Made by a program: the position numbers and the translations under genes
The notes under the pieces: generated by a model
What the model was told of the DNA's origin: nothing
What the model saw: only the letters and a program-made list of their open reading frames with translations
Database searches by the model: none
Shown here: one piece after another, positions 29,241 to 43,158 of the stretch
How positions within the stretch are numbered: the first letter of the stretch is position 1
Layout: each line of letters begins with the position of its first letter
Assembly (NCBI GenBank): GCA_963741945.1
Contig: CAVUKA010000001.1
Coordinates: forward strand, 512,001-576,000
DNA: 64,000 nucleotides
Direction: 5' to 3'
DNA from: an uncultured Gemmatimonadales bacterium
GTDB lineage: Bacteria; Gemmatimonadota; Gemmatimonadetes; Longimicrobiales; RSA9

Positions 29241-32168
29241 GTGGTGGATTGCAACCCCCTTACGACCCATGCGCTGAGCGAGGACCGGCTCAGTCAGGTC
29301 GCATCCCGGATGCCGGACCCGCTGGCGATCTACCAACCACTGCATGATGCGAGCGGCGCGATCGAGGATTTCGAACTGGTCTTCGCGAACGAGGCCGCGG
29401 CCGGGGCCGGGATCCCGGCGCTGTCGCAGGTCGGCGCACGGATCGGTACGCTGCCGTCGTCGCCCGCGGGGCCGGGCCTCCTCGAGCACCTAGCCCGCGT
29501 CTGTGAGACGGGAGAGCCACGGCTGCTCGAGGATTACGAGTACCCTCGCAGAGGCGGCGCCCCGCCGCTCATCTTCGACGTCAGGCTGGTGCCACTCGGC
29601 GATGAGATCGCCGCGATCTGGCGGGACGTCGCCGAGCGCCACCGGCGGCAGCGCGAGCTGTTGGAGTTCCGGGAGCGTTTCGAGATGGTGGCGAAGGCGA
29701 CCAATGACGTGGTCTGGGACTGCGACCTCCGGACCGGTGGCGCCAGCTGGAGCGATGCGCTGAACCGCGTCCTGGGGCTGGAGCCGCCGGCGCCGGGGGA
29801 GGATGCGCTGGAGTGGTGGCGGGCGCAGGTCCACCCGGCCGACCTCGAGCGCATCTGGACCAGCCTCGAGCACGCCATGGCATCCGGGGCTGCCCGGTGG
29901 AGCGGCGAGTACCGGTTCCGCCGGAACGACGGCGGGTGGTCGGACATCCTGGACCGTGCCTACATCGCCCGGGACGAGGCCGGGCAGCCCGTGCGCCTGA
30001 TCGGCTCATTCGTGGACATGACGGAGCTCCGTGGCGTGGAGCGGGAGCGGGATCACCTGCTGGAGCGGGAGCAGCGTGCCCGGCGGGAGGCCGAGCGGCT
30101 GCTGCGTGAGCGGGAGGATCTCCTCGCCGCGGCCAGGAGATCGCGGGAAGAGGCCGACCTGGAGCGGAGCCGGCTGAGCACGGTGATCGACGTTCTGCCG
30201 GTGGGCGTGTGGATCTCAGGCGCGGACGGGGAGCTGGTGCACGGGAACGATGCGGCTTGTGCCATCTGGGGCGTGCGGCGCATCGGGGAGCTTCTGGAGC
30301 ATGCGGCCGAGTTCGGTGCATGGTGGCCGGACGGCTCTCCCGTGGCGCTCGAGGCGTGGGGGCTGCCGCGCGCCGTGACCACCGGTGTGAGCTCGGGGCC
30401 GGAAGAGGTGCGGATCCGTAGGCGGTCGGGCGAGGAGAAGTACATCCTGAACTTTGCCGTCCCGATCCGCGGAGCGAGCGGCGAGATCATCGGCGGCGTG
30501 GCGGTAAACGTCGACCTGACGGAGAAGAAGGAGTCGGAAAGGGTCATCAACGACCAGCTGGCCGAGATCGAATCGATCTACCACCACGCGACCGTGGGCC
30601 TCTGCGTTCTCGATCGGGATCTGCGGTACGTGCGCATCAACAAGCACATGGCCGAGATCAACGGCGTACCTGCGGCGGCGCACATCGGCCGCAGCGTGCA
30701 CGAGATCGTTCCCGGTCTGGCCAGGGAGGCGGAAGCCACGCTGCGCAGGGTGCTGGCGACGGGCGAGCCGGTGATCGACAACGAGATCAGCGGTGAGACG
30801 CCGGCGCAGCCGGGGGTGCAACGCACGTGGCTCGAGCACTGGTTTCCGCTGACCGGTCTGGACGGAGAAGTCACCGGCATCATCGTGGTGGCCGAAGAGG
30901 TGACGGCCAGGAAAGCCGCGGAACGTGCCATCCGGGAGAGCGAGTACCGCCAGCGCCACCTCGCACGCTTGAGCGCGGTGATGAGCGACCCCGTGACCAT
31001 GCGCGACCGCGCCGACGCGCTGGCGCGTGTCCTGACCGAGGACCTCTACGACGTCTGCGTGGTCGACCTCGTGGACGATGACGGCGAGATCCGCCGGGGC
31101 GCGGTCCGGCACCGGGATCCCGACCAGCAGGCGCGAGCCAGCGCCCTGGCGGGATGGGCGCCCGAGAGCAGCGGCCGCATCGCCCGCGCCATACAGACGC
31201 GCGAGCCCGTCCTCATCCCGGTGGTCACGGAGCTGCTGCTGACCGAGGCGATGGACGACGAGGCCCACATCGAGGCCGCGCGCGCGCTGCGGCCGGTCTC
31301 CGCCATGGTTCTCCCACTCGTCGCGCGCGGGCGCGCGTTCGGGGCCATCAGCATACTCTCCACTCGCCCGGAAACCGGGTTCGACCCCGACGACCTCGCC
31401 TTCGCGCAGGATCTCGTGGACCGGGCGTCGCTGGTCCTGGACAACGCGCGACTGCTGGACGAGGCCACCGAGGCAGTCAAGGACCGGGAAGCGGTGCTGG
31501 CCACCGTTTCCCACGACCTCCGCAACCCGCTGAGCACGGTCGGGATGGCTTCGGCGCTGCTCCTCGACGATTTCCTGACCCCGGAAAAGAAGGCGGTTCA
31601 GGCGAAGATCATCCGGAACGCCATAGCGCAGGCGCTTCGCCTGATCGAGGACCTGCTCGACGTTTCGCGTTTCCGCGGCGGCGCGGTGACGCTCCGGACG
31701 GAAGCGCTGGAACCGGCCGCGCTCGTGGATGACGCTCTCGCCCTGGCCGCGGCGGCAGCGGCCGAGGCCGGCATCCCGGTACGCAATGCGACGCCGCAGC
31801 AGCCACCACTTCCTCAGATCTCGGGCGATCGGGCGCGCCTGCTCCAGGTGCTGGACAACATGGTCGACAACGCGATACGACATTCACCACCGGGAGCGGC
31901 CGTGGATGTGGCTGCCTTCGCCGCCGACGGAGCGATCCGGTTCGAGGTCCGTGACGCGGGGCCCGGAATCCACCCCGGCGACGCGCCCCTCGTCTTCGAC
32001 CGGTTCTGGCAGGGCGCATCCTCGAAGGCCGGCGGTGCCGGCCTTGGCCTGGCCATTGCCAAAGCGGTGGTGGAAGCGCACGCGGGCACCATCGGGGTCG
32101 AGACCGCGCCGGGCGAGGGCGCCTGCTTCTGGTTCGAGATCCCGCGGGCGCCCACGGGCAGCCGGTGA
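29241..32168 (+). CDS. Multi-PAS/GAF sensor histidine kinase
   Basis: About four PAS-like segments, a GAF (SAMVLPLVARGRAFGAI), VSHDLRNPL, DNAIRH, DAGPGI and GAGLGL. Start uncertain. Confidence 0.9.
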   Translation: MVDCNPLTTHALSEDRLSQVASRMPDPLAIYQPLHDASGAIEDFELVFANEAAAGAGIPALSQVGARIGTLPSSPAGPGLLEHLARVCETGEPRLLEDYEYPRRGGAPPLIFDVRLVPLGDEIAAIWRDVAERHRRQRELLEFRERFEMVAKATNDVVWDCDLRTGGASWSDALNRVLGLEPPAPGEDALEWWRAQVHPADLERIWTSLEHAMASGAARWSGEYRFRRNDGGWSDILDRAYIARDEAGQPVRLIGSFVDMTELRGVERERDHLLEREQRARREAERLLREREDLLAAARRSREEADLERSRLSTVIDVLPVGVWISGADGELVHGNDAACAIWGVRRIGELLEHAAEFGAWWPDGSPVALEAWGLPRAVTTGVSSGPEEVRIRRRSGEEKYILNFAVPIRGASGEIIGGVAVNVDLTEKKESERVINDQLAEIESIYHHATVGLCVLDRDLRYVRINKHMAEINGVPAAAHIGRSVHEIVPGLAREAEATLRRVLATGEPVIDNEISGETPAQPGVQRTWLEHWFPLTGLDGEVTGIIVVAEEVTARKAAERAIRESEYRQRHLARLSAVMSDPVTMRDRADALARVLTEDLYDVCVVDLVDDDGEIRRGAVRHRDPDQQARASALAGWAPESSGRIARAIQTREPVLIPVVTELLLTEAMDDEAHIEAARALRPVSAMVLPLVARGRAFGAISILSTRPETGFDPDDLAFAQDLVDRASLVLDNARLLDEATEAVKDREAVLATVSHDLRNPLSTVGMASALLLDDFLTPEKKAVQAKIIRNAIAQALRLIEDLLDVSRFRGGAVTLRTEALEPAALVDDALALAAAAAAEAGIPVRNATPQQPPLPQISGDRARLLQVLDNMVDNAIRHSPPGAAVDVAAFAADGAIRFEVRDAGPGIHPGDAPLVFDRFWQGASSKAGGAGLGLAIAKAVVEAHAGTIGVETAPGEGACFWFEIPRAPTGSR

Positions 32169-32244
32169 GCAGAGGCGAAGACGCCCCGGCGTCCCTGTCT
32201 CGTTCGGCTCGAAACCGCATGGTCGGAGCGAGCGGCAGTGCCGC

Positions 32245-34581
<2,337 letters not shown>

Positions 34582-34585
<4 letters not shown>

Positions 34586-35604
34586 CCGCGCCCCCAGTGC
34601 TGGAATCCCGGCAGCGCCACCGGCTTCCCCGCACCGTCCAGGAGCACCGCCTCCGGCGACTCGCCGCCCCGGGAAACGTCCCCTATGCGCGTCACCCGGA
34701 CCCCGAACTCCGCGGCGAAGGCTCCAGCCACAGCGCCCGCGGCGCCGGGCGACGCCGTGAAGCAGAGCTCGTAGTCCTCCCCGCCCGCGGCGGCGAGCCG
34801 GACGGCCTCCGCGACGCCGGCTCCGCCCACGGCCCCATCGGGCGAGGATGGCGGCGGTGCCGCGAGCGCAGGGCCGGCCACCGGCAGCTCCGCCAGGCGG
34901 ACCGTCACGCGCACCCCACTGGCCGCCGCGATATGCCCGGCATCCCCGGCCACCCCATCGGAGAGGTCCACCATGGCCGTGGGCACGCCACGCTCCGCGA
35001 GCCACAGCGCTTCGCGCGTGCGCGGGCGGGGGCGGGCGTAGGCCAGGCGCGCGGCCTCTTCCGGCTGCTCGTTCCGCAGCCATGCCGCAACGGCGGCGGC
35101 CGCCCCACCCAGCTCGCCGGTGACCCAGAGCTCATCGCCCGGGCGTGCGCCGGAGCGGAGGATGGGTCGAGGCGCTTCGCCCAGAACGATGATGTCCATG
35201 ATCAGCGGTCCCGGCGAGCGCGTGACATCGCCACCGAGAACTGCGGCGCCCGCGTCCGCGGCGGCGGCCGAGATGCCTTCCATGACCGAATCGCCCATGG
35301 CCCGCTCGTCGCCGGGGCCAAGAGCGAGAGAGGCGAGGAGCCCGATGGGCCGGGCGGCCATGGCGGCCAGGTCGCTGAGCGCGCCCGCGGCCGCGTGGTA
35401 TCCGAGGTCCTGGCCCGGGAGCCAGGCCCGCCGGAAATGGATGTCCTCGATGGACAGGTCTGCGCTCACGGCGATCCCGTCGCCCGTGACCACCGCGCAG
35501 TCGTCGCCCGGCCCCACCACCACCCCGCGGCCAGTGGCGGGCGCCCGCTCGAGGAACCGTCGGATCAGGTCGAACTCGGCACCGGGGCCGAGCCGTGTCA
35601 CCAT
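34582..35604 (-). CDS. thiL: Thiamine-monophosphate kinase
   Basis: EFDLI, GPGDDCA, SDLAAM, GGDV, DLSDG and GGEDYEL. Confidence 0.95.
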
Positions 35605-37139
35605 GGCGCCGGCTGATCGAAAACGACGAAGGGGAGGTCCAGCGGCGGGGCGGCGGGCCCGGGGTCGTCGAACGCGAGGTGGATGGCGTCGCACACGTCA
35701 TCGGGAACGAGGGATCGGCCCCGGGCCGCGAGCACGGCGGCGCGGCCGCCGTAGAGGAGCCCGAGCGCGGCCGCTTCCGCGGGCGTCGCGCCGCCGGCGA
35801 GGAATGCGGCGGCCTCGGCGCCCAGCTGGTCGCCCATGGCCGCAGTGGCCAGGTCGGAGGAGCCGATCGTGGAAACGAGCACGGGCCGGTCGGGTTCCGC
35901 GACCACCGACGGCGCGCCCTTGAGAAGGATGGTGACGCCCGTGGCCTGGGCAAGGAACCGGGCCTGCCCGATCGGGTCCCGGCGGATCTCCGCCACGGGG
36001 CGTCCCGTCAGCCGGCTCATCTCGCCGGGATGCGGTGTGGCGAGGATCCTGCGCCCCTGCAGCGCGCCCAGCCCGCGCTCGCGGCCCGCCAGGATCGTGA
36101 GAGCGTCGGCGTCGAGGATGCAGCCGCGGTCCCCGATGCCATCGAGCACCAGGTCCAGCAGCGCCTGCCCGTCCTCGCCGGTCCCCAGCGCGGGGCCGAT
36201 GAGCACCGCGTCGCTCTGCTCCAGCGCGCCGGCCACCGCATCCCGGTCCTCCCGGTCCACGAACAGCGTTTCGGGCGCCCGTGACTGGATGATGACGCGA
36301 TTGGCCTCCGCGGAGGCCACGCGGACGTAGCCGGCCCCCGCGCGCATGGCCGAGCGCGCCGCGATGGTGGGCGCACCCCCCATCCCCTTGCGGCCGGCCA
36401 CGATCAGCACCCGGCCCACCGAGTTCTTGTGGGCGTCCGGCGGGCGGTACGGCAGACGCGCGCGCCCCCAGTCCGGCGTGATGACGCGCGCCCCCGGCTC
36501 TTCCGGGTGGAGCGGCGGGAACCCGATCTCCACGGCCATGATGCGCCCGCAGCAGGCGCGTCCCGGCTGGAACATGGCGCCCGTCTTCGGCCACCCGAAC
36601 TGCACGGTGACGGCCGCGCGCACCACCTCTCCCGGCACCTGTCCAGTCGTGGGGTCGACGCCCGTGGGGATATCCAGCGCCACGATGTCCCGACCGCTGC
36701 CGTTCATCTGCCTGACCAGCGTGGCCGCGGGCTCACGGGGCGCGCCGGACGCGCCGGTCCCGAGAATGCCATCGAGGATCACGCCGGCGCGCGCGAGGGC
36801 GGCGGGGGCGTCGTCGATGCCGATGCGGCGGACGGCGACGCCGGCAAGGAGCCGTACGTCGGGATCGTGGGAGCCGGCCGGGATGTAGGCGACGTCGCGC
36901 CCCCACTCGCACAGGGAGCGCAGGGCGACGAGGGCATCCCCGCCGTTGTTGCCGCTCCCGACCACGGCCAGAACATTGCCGTCGGGGTAGAGGCGCTGGA
37001 CCACCTGGGCCAGGGCCCGCCCGGCGTTCTCCATGAGCGCGCGCTCGGGAATGCCGCCATCCTGGGCGCGTCGGTCCAGCGCCGCGGCTTCCTCGGCCGT
37101 GAGGAGCGGCACGTCCTCGCGTCCGTAGACGCCGATCAT
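35598..37139 (-). CDS. nnr: Bifunctional NAD(P)H-hydrate epimerase/dehydratase
   Basis: LMENAG, GSGNNGGD, DIPTG, LDADAL, TPHPGEM and LLKGA. Confidence 0.93.
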   Translation of the reverse strand: MIGVYGREDVPLLTAEEAAALDRRAQDGGIPERALMENAGRALAQVVQRLYPDGNVLAVVGSGNNGGDALVALRSLCEWGRDVAYIPAGSHDPDVRLLAGVAVRRIGIDDAPAALARAGVILDGILGTGASGAPREPAATLVRQMNGSGRDIVALDIPTGVDPTTGQVPGEVVRAAVTVQFGWPKTGAMFQPGRACCGRIMAVEIGFPPLHPEEPGARVITPDWGRARLPYRPPDAHKNSVGRVLIVAGRKGMGGAPTIAARSAMRAGAGYVRVASAEANRVIIQSRAPETLFVDREDRDAVAGALEQSDAVLIGPALGTGEDGQALLDLVLDGIGDRGCILDADALTILAGRERGLGALQGRRILATPHPGEMSRLTGRPVAEIRRDPIGQARFLAQATGVTILLKGAPSVVAEPDRPVLVSTIGSSDLATAAMGDQLGAEAAAFLAGGATPAEAAALGLLYGGRAAVLAARGRSLVPDDVCDAIHLAFDDPGPAAPPLDLPFVVFDQPAPW

Positions 37140-37152
37140 GATCGGGGCGGGG

Positions 37153-37353
37153 TTACTTGTAGCTCGGGCCGATGGTGCGGCCGAAGCTGATCTCGCCGTT
37201 GTCGATCCGGATGTTGAAGCCACATTCGGGGTTGGAGCAGACCCACGCCTTGTAGCGGATCGGCGCGCCATCGCGCCCGTAGTCGGACAGCGGAAGCATG
37301 CGGCCCTCCCCGCACTTCTGGCACGCCGGCCATTGCGCTTCGCTCATCATCAT
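37153..37353 (-). CDS. Small Cys4 (zinc-ribbon-like) hypothetical protein
   Basis: CQKC...LPLSDYG...KAWVCSNPEC. GGAGG RBS and operon spacing fit a real gene. Confidence 0.8.
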   Translation of the reverse strand: MMMSEAQWPACQKCGEGRMLPLSDYGRDGAPIRYKAWVCSNPECGFNIRIDNGEISFGRTIGPSYK

Positions 37354-37395
37354 CCCCTCCCGCGTGTTTCCGTGGTTCGGCCGCGTCCGGCGGCG

Positions 37396-37779
37396 TCAGA
37401 TGTTCGCGCCCCAGGGGTAGTCGGCCTCGAACGCGTCCTCGAAGTCGTAGAGCGCCTCGAAGTCTCCGGGTGAGTCCTCGTCCTGCTTCAGCAGGATGCC
37501 CGCTTCGACCAGGGCGAACACGATCTCGCCCATGTCCGCGGTGCGCTCGATGCCCCAGTGCTGAAGGACGGTGCGGGCCATGGGCCCGTACCGATGAAGG
37601 GCCAGGTCACGCACCCCGTCGGCCAGCTCCCGCCCGCTGATGTGCCGCGGCTCGGAGAGCTGCTCGAGGACGTGATGAAGGGCTGCCAGGATGAAGAGGT
37701 AGGCCGTCTCGTGGTAGCGGGGGTGCCGCTCCCGGAGGGCGTCCAGCACTTCATCGGCGAAGACCATGCTCTCGTTCAT
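37396..37779 (-). CDS. Conserved hypothetical protein resembling the Minf_1886 family
   Basis: RYHETAYLF, HISGREL, YGPMARTVLQHWGI, DMGEIVF and DSPGDF, recognised by eye. Confidence 0.78.
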   Translation of the reverse strand: MNESMVFADEVLDALRERHPRYHETAYLFILAALHHVLEQLSEPRHISGRELADGVRDLALHRYGPMARTVLQHWGIERTADMGEIVFALVEAGILLKQDEDSPGDFEALYDFEDAFEADYPWGANI

Positions 37780-37858
37780 GCCACATCCCGAAAATCAAGC
37801 CACCACAGAAATGTGCGGCGGACCCTCATGACACGCAACGGATTCGCCCGCCCCCGCC

Positions 37859-39142
37859 TCACGGCAGGGGGGGCGGAACCGCGACATCGAATCTCGCTTC
37901 CCGCCATTCCGGGTAGAGCGGGTGCGCGTTCGTGAGCTCGCGGACCCCGCGCCGGACGCGCTCGCGCACGCTCTCACTCCCGGGAGCATCCAGCACATCG
38001 GCCATCCAGCCGCCGATGCGCCGCATGCCTTCCTCATCGATTCCGCGCGTGGTCAGCGCGGCCGTGCCGATGCGCACCCCCGACGTCACGAACGGGGAGC
38101 GCTTCTCGCCCGGCACCGTGTTCTTGTTCGTGGTGATGCGCGCGGCCTCGAGCGCCGCTTCCGCCTCCTTCCCCGTCAGCTCGCGGTCGCTGAGGTCGAG
38201 CAGCAGCAGGTGGTTGTCCGTGCCGCCGCTCACCAGCGTGTAGCCGCGGCCCATCAACGCCTCGCCCAGCGCCCGCGCGTTGGCCACCACCCGGGCCACG
38301 TACGCGCGGAACTCCGGCGCCGCGGCCTCGTGGAACGCCACCGCCTTGGCGGCGATAACGTGCATCAGGGGACCTCCCTGCATCCCCGGGAAGACCGTCT
38401 TGTCCAGCGCCTTCCCGTGCTCTTCCTTCGTGAGCACGAAGCCTCCGCGCGGGCCGCGCAGCGTCTTGTGGGTGGTGGACGTGACCATGTCGGCGTGGGG
38501 CACCGGGCTGGGGTGCGCCCCACCGGCGATGAGGCCGGCGATGTGCGCCATGTCCACGACCAGCGCCGCGTCCACTTCCCTCGCGATGCGGCCGAACGTC
38601 TCGAAGTCGATGGTCCGCGGGTATGCGCTGGCGCCCGCCACGATGAGACGGGGCCGGTGCTCCAGCGCCAGCTCGCGCACCTGGTCGTAGTCGATCCGCC
38701 CCGACGCCTCGTCCACGCCGTACGCCACCACGTTGTACAGCTGTCCGCTGAAGTTGACGGGCGAGCCATGGGTGAGGTGGCCCCCATGGCTCAGGTTCAT
38801 GCCCAGCAGGGTGTCGCCAGGCTTCATGAGCGTCATGTACGCCGCCATGTTCGCCTGGGACCCCGAGTGCGGCTGGACGTTCGCGTGCTCCGCGCCGAAA
38901 AGCGCCTCACACCGCTGGATGGCCAGTCTCTCGGTCTCGTCCACCACCTCGCAGCCGCCATAGTAGCGGCGACCCGGGTAGCCTTCGGCGTACTTGTTGG
39001 TCAGCACCGACCCCATCGCCTCCAGCACGGCCGGGGACGTGAAGTTCTCGCTGGCGATGAGCTCCAGCGTCTCGTCCTGACGACGCGCCTCATCCGCTAC
39101 GGTGCCGAAGATCTCCGGGTCTGCCGCTCTCAGTGCATCCAT
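37859..39142 (-). CDS. glyA: Serine hydroxymethyltransferase
   Basis: [22 protein letters not shown] and [12 protein letters not shown]. Confidence 0.98.
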   Translation of the reverse strand: MDALRAADPEIFGTVADEARRQDETLELIASENFTSPAVLEAMGSVLTNKYAEGYPGRRYYGGCEVVDETERLAIQRCEALFGAEHANVQPHSGSQANMAAYMTLMKPGDTLLGMNLSHGGHLTHGSPVNFSGQLYNVVAYGVDEASGRIDYDQVRELALEHRPRLIVAGASAYPRTIDFETFGRIAREVDAALVVDMAHIAGLIAGGAHPSPVPHADMVTSTTHKTLRGPRGGFVLTKEEHGKALDKTVFPGMQGGPLMHVIAAKAVAFHEAAAPEFRAYVARVVANARALGEALMGRGYTLVSGGTDNHLLLLDLSDRELTGKEAEAALEAARITTNKNTVPGEKRSPFVTSGVRIGTAALTTRGIDEEGMRRIGGWMADVLDAPGSESVRERVRRGVRELTNAHPLYPEWREARFDVAVPPPLP

Positions 39143-39153
39143 GGAGTGCTCCG

Positions 39154-40212
39154 TTACAGCCAGGTCCGCTGGATGCCCGCCACCTGCTGGATCCGGCGCT
39201 CCGCCAGCCGGTCCGCGGCCTCGCTCGTGGGGATCCCCTCGTCCTTCGCCAGCTCGAACAGCTCCTCGAGGGTGTTGTAGATCTCCCCGGCCTTGCGACG
39301 CGACCGCTCCGCCGTCCAGCCGTTCAGCTCGCCGTAGACGTTGATCACGCCACCCGCGTTGATCACGTAGTCCGGCGCGTACAGGATGTCCTTCTCCATG
39401 AGCTGCTGCCCGTGCCGCTCCTCCGCCAGCTGGTTGTTGGCCGCGCCGGCGATGATGTCGAACTTGAACTGCGGCAGCGTCTCATCGTTGACCACGGCGC
39501 CCAGGGCGCACGGGGCGAAGACCTGCGCCCCCACGCTGTAGATCTCCTCCGAGGTCACCGCTTTCGCGCCGAACTCGTCCACCACGCGCTTGACGCGGTC
39601 GGCATCGATGTCCGTGACGACCAGCTGTGCGCCCTCGGCCGCCAGGTCCTTGCACAGGTAGTAGCCCACGTGGCCCACGCCCTGGACGGCCACGGTCACG
39701 CCCTCGAGGTCGTCCCGGCCGAACTTGACCTTGGCCGCCGCCTTGATCCCCATGTACGTGCCGTAGGCCGTGACCGGCGACGGGTCGCCGGAGCGGCCGG
39801 CCAGCCCGGTCACGTACTCGGTCTCCATGTGGACGTAGTCCATGTCCTCCACGCTGGTGCCCACATCCTCCGCCGTGATGTAGCGCCCCTTCAGGCTCTC
39901 CACGAACCGGCCGTGGGCACGGAAGATCATCTCGCGGCGCTTCATCTTCGGGTCGCCGATGATCACGGACTTCCCGCCGCCCAGGTTCAACCCCGCGGCC
40001 GCCGACTTGTAGGTCATGCCGCGCGAGAGCCGGAGCACGTCGGTGATGGCTTCCTGGTCCGTCTTGTAATTCCAGAAACGGGTGCCACCGAGCGCCGGCC
40101 CGAGCGTGGTGTTGTGAATGGCGATGATCCCCTTGTAGCCGGAGACCGGGTCGTAGCAGAACACCACCTGCTCGTGCTCGTGCGTCTTCATCTTCTCGAA
40201 AATTTCCATCAT
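39154..40212 (-). CDS. Leucine dehydrogenase (Glu/Leu/Phe/Val family)
   Basis: [33 protein letters not shown] and GAANNQL. Confidence 0.93.
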   Translation of the reverse strand: MMEIFEKMKTHEHEQVVFCYDPVSGYKGIIAIHNTTLGPALGGTRFWNYKTDQEAITDVLRLSRGMTYKSAAAGLNLGGGKSVIIGDPKMKRREMIFRAHGRFVESLKGRYITAEDVGTSVEDMDYVHMETEYVTGLAGRSGDPSPVTAYGTYMGIKAAAKVKFGRDDLEGVTVAVQGVGHVGYYLCKDLAAEGAQLVVTDIDADRVKRVVDEFGAKAVTSEEIYSVGAQVFAPCALGAVVNDETLPQFKFDIIAGAANNQLAEERHGQQLMEKDILYAPDYVINAGGVINVYGELNGWTAERSRRKAGEIYNTLEELFELAKDEGIPTSEAADRLAERRIQQVAGIQRTWL

Positions 40213-41324
40213 CTCCTCCGGTATAGCTCCCGCGCGATCACCACGCGCTGGATCTCGTTAGTGCCCTCGTAGATCTCCGTGGCCTTCGCATCCCGCATCA
40301 GCTTCTCCACGGGATAGTCCCGCATGTAGCCGTACCCGCCGAAGATCTGCACCGCCTCCGTGGCCACTGCCATGGCCGTCTCACTCGAGAACAGCTTCGC
40401 CATGGCTGACCAGCGCGTGGCCTCCTCCTGCGCGGCTCGCTCGAGCAGCGCCCTGGCGGCTTCCACGCGCGTGGACATGTCCGCCAGCTTGAACTGGATC
40501 GCCTCGAACTCGCGGAGCGGGCGGCCGAACTGCTCCCGCTCGCCGGCGTACGCCAGCGCGTGGTCCAGCCCGGCCTGTCCGATCCCCACCGCCTGAGCGG
40601 CAATGCCCAGACGACCCAGGTCCAGCCCCTCCATCGCCAGCCGGAAGCCCGCGCCCTCCTCACCCAGCAGCGCGCCCTCCGGCAGCCGGAGGTCCCGAAG
40701 CTCGACGGTGACCACCTCCACCGCCCGCAGCCCCATGGTGGTCTCCCGCTTCCCCACCTTCCAGCCTTCCGTATCCGTCGGGACGACGAACGCGCTCAGC
40801 CCGCCCGGCCCCTCGCCGCCCGTCCTCGCCACGACCACCGCGAGGCCGGCCAGACCGCCGTTCGTCACCCACTTCTTCTCTCCGTTCAGCACCCAGCCAT
40901 CGCCGTCCCGCTCGGCCCGGGCGGCGACGGCCGCAGCGTCCGAGCCCGCGTCCTCCTCCGACAGCGCGAAGCACCCCACGCGCTCGCCCGACGCCAGCGA
41001 CGGCAGCCATTCCGCTTTCTGCGCGTCCGTGCCGTGGCGCACCAGCAGCGTGACGGCGAACGCGCTGTGGATGGACAGCGTCAACCCGATGGCCGGCTCG
41101 CCCCACGACAGCGTCTCCAGCGCCGCCAGGTACGTGGGCACGTCGAACCCCATGCCCCCGTGCTCCTCCGGCGCCAGCATTCCGAAGAAGCCGAGCTCAC
41201 CGAGCTGCGTCAGCACGGCCGGGTCGAGGCGCGCCTCCCTGTCCCACGCCTCGACGTGGGGCCGGAGCTCGCTCTCGGCGAACTGCCTCGCCAGCTCCCG
41301 GATCTCGGCTGTCAGCTCGGTCAT
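40209..41324 (-). CDS. Acyl-CoA dehydrogenase (short/branched-chain type)
   Basis: [33 protein letters not shown] and IYEGTNEIQ. Confidence 0.95.
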   Translation of the reverse strand: MTELTAEIRELARQFAESELRPHVEAWDREARLDPAVLTQLGELGFFGMLAPEEHGGMGFDVPTYLAALETLSWGEPAIGLTLSIHSAFAVTLLVRHGTDAQKAEWLPSLASGERVGCFALSEEDAGSDAAAVAARAERDGDGWVLNGEKKWVTNGGLAGLAVVVARTGGEGPGGLSAFVVPTDTEGWKVGKRETTMGLRAVEVVTVELRDLRLPEGALLGEEGAGFRLAMEGLDLGRLGIAAQAVGIGQAGLDHALAYAGEREQFGRPLREFEAIQFKLADMSTRVEAARALLERAAQEEATRWSAMAKLFSSETAMAVATEAVQIFGGYGYMRDYPVEKLMRDAKATEIYEGTNEIQRVVIARELYRRR

Positions 41325-41383
41325 GGCTCTCTTCGCTCCCGTTTCCCTGCCCGGTCCCCGCCCCGCCCGTCCGGCCGCCTGCC

Positions 41384-42235
41384 TCAGCTGTAGCCGTAGA
41401 ACCCCCGTCCGCTCTTCCTCCCGTGCCAGCCGGCATCCACGTACTTGCGGAGCAGCGGGCAGGGGCGGTAGCGGTCATCGCCCAGGTCACGGTGCAGGAC
41501 CTCGAGGATGTTCAGGCACGTGTCCAGCCCGATGAGGTCGGCCAGCGCCAGCGGCCCCATGGGGTGGTTCATTCCCAGCTTCATGACGGTGTCGATCGCC
41601 TCGGCCTCCGCCACGCCCTCCATGAGGGCGAACACGGCCTCGTTGATCATGGGCATGAGCACCCGGTTCGATACGAAGCCGGGGAAATCGTTGACCTCCA
41701 CGGGCGTCTTCTCCAGGGCCGTGGCCAGGTCCATGACGGTCTTCGTGGTCTCGTCGCTGGTCTGCAGCCCGCGGATCACCTCCACCAGCTTCATCACCGG
41801 GACCGGGTTCATGAAGTGCATCCCGATCACGCGCTCCGGCCTGGACGTGAGCGCGGCCAGCGCGGTGATGGAGATGGACGACGTGTTGGAAGCCAGGATG
41901 CCGTCGCCCACGAGCGGGTCGAGGCGACGGAGGATGTCGCCCTTGAGCTCGAGCTTCTCGGGCACCGCCTCGACCACGAGGCCCGCGCCCTTCACGGCCT
42001 CGAGCTCGGTGGCTCCCTGAATGCGGCCCAGCGTCTCTCCGATGGCGCCTTCCTCGATCGCGCCCTTCTTCGCCTGTCGCTCCAGGTTCTTGCGGATCAT
42101 GCCCAGCGCCGCGTCCACCCGGCCCTGGTCCACCTCCAGCAGGACCACCGGATGACCGTGCTGCGCGAAGACGTGGGCGATGCCGTTGCCCATCGTCCCG
42201 CCGCCGACGACACCGACCTTATCGATCTCGGCCAT
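41384..42235 (-). CDS. hbd: 3-hydroxybutyryl-CoA dehydrogenase
   Basis: [25 protein letters not shown] and HPMGP. Confidence 0.93.
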   Translation of the reverse strand: MAEIDKVGVVGGGTMGNGIAHVFAQHGHPVVLLEVDQGRVDAALGMIRKNLERQAKKGAIEEGAIGETLGRIQGATELEAVKGAGLVVEAVPEKLELKGDILRRLDPLVGDGILASNTSSISITALAALTSRPERVIGMHFMNPVPVMKLVEVIRGLQTSDETTKTVMDLATALEKTPVEVNDFPGFVSNRVLMPMINEAVFALMEGVAEAEAIDTVMKLGMNHPMGPLALADLIGLDTCLNILEVLHRDLGDDRYRPCPLLRKYVDAGWHGRKSGRGFYGYS

Positions 42236-42240
42236 GGTTG

Positions 42241-43143
42241 CTACCTCCCGTTCTCAGGCACCGCGGCGCCGTCGCCGCGACGCGCGTAGACTCGCAGCAG
42301 GCCGAGGGCGAGGAGGATGGCGACGGTTGCCGCCAACCCGCCCTCCGGCCCGAACGCACCGCCCGTGAGCCACGCCGGGCCCACCGCGCGGGCGTCATAG
42401 TAGGGGGCGTCCAGCGTCGCCAGCCCGCTCACCGGCAGGTCCAGCAGCGCGGCGATCGCCCAGTTCCAGCCCAGATGGATGGCGAACGCGAGCCAGAGGC
42501 TCCCCGTCCACAACACGGCCGCGGACAGGAGCACGCCGGCAAGGAAGATGTTCACCAGCCCGAAGATGTCCACGTTCGGGTTCCCCATGTGCGCCAGCGC
42601 GAACAGCACGCTCATGACGAGCGTGGCCGGCACCGGGCCGGCACTCTCGGCCATCGTCCGCAGGGGATAGCCCCGGAACAGCGCCTCCTCGGACGCGGCC
42701 GGCAGCGCCAGCCACGCCAGCCCCACTGCCGCGGTGCCGAGCCACTCGCCCGGTGTGCCCGGCTGCGCCGTGTAGCGAAACGCCCCGGCGGCGGCGAGCA
42801 CGGCCACCACGGCGGCCAGTGGCGCCGCCCCCAGCAGGAGCCCGATGCCCAGGCGACGCGGCAGACGCTCGTCCACGGCCACCCCCAGCCACGCCCAGGG
42901 GCGACGGTCCACCCAGCGCAGGAGCGGCCACGCCGCGGCGAACGCCGCCACCAGCACCAACGCCGCCTGTGTGACGATTCCCGCCCGTACTCCGCCGGTC
43001 GACGTCACGGGCGAGACCGCCGGGAGGAACAGCGCCTCCAGGCGCACGAATGCCATGAAGAGTACCAGGAAGGCGAGGACACGCCAGGGCGTCCGCAGCA
43101 TCCCGTCCTCGACGAGCCATCGGGGCCCTTCCCCGGCCGCCAA
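42241..43143 (-). CDS. CPBP (Abi/CAAX) intramembrane metalloprotease
   Basis: [13 protein letters not shown] and HLGWN motifs; multiple TM helices. Confidence 0.9.
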   Translation of the reverse strand: MAAGEGPRWLVEDGMLRTPWRVLAFLVLFMAFVRLEALFLPAVSPVTSTGGVRAGIVTQAALVLVAAFAAAWPLLRWVDRRPWAWLGVAVDERLPRRLGIGLLLGAAPLAAVVAVLAAAGAFRYTAQPGTPGEWLGTAAVGLAWLALPAASEEALFRGYPLRTMAESAGPVPATLVMSVLFALAHMGNPNVDIFGLVNIFLAGVLLSAAVLWTGSLWLAFAIHLGWNWAIAALLDLPVSGLATLDAPYYDARAVGPAWLTGGAFGPEGGLAATVAILLALGLLRVYARRGDGAAVPENGR

Positions 43144-43158
43144 CGAAAAACCCCCGGG

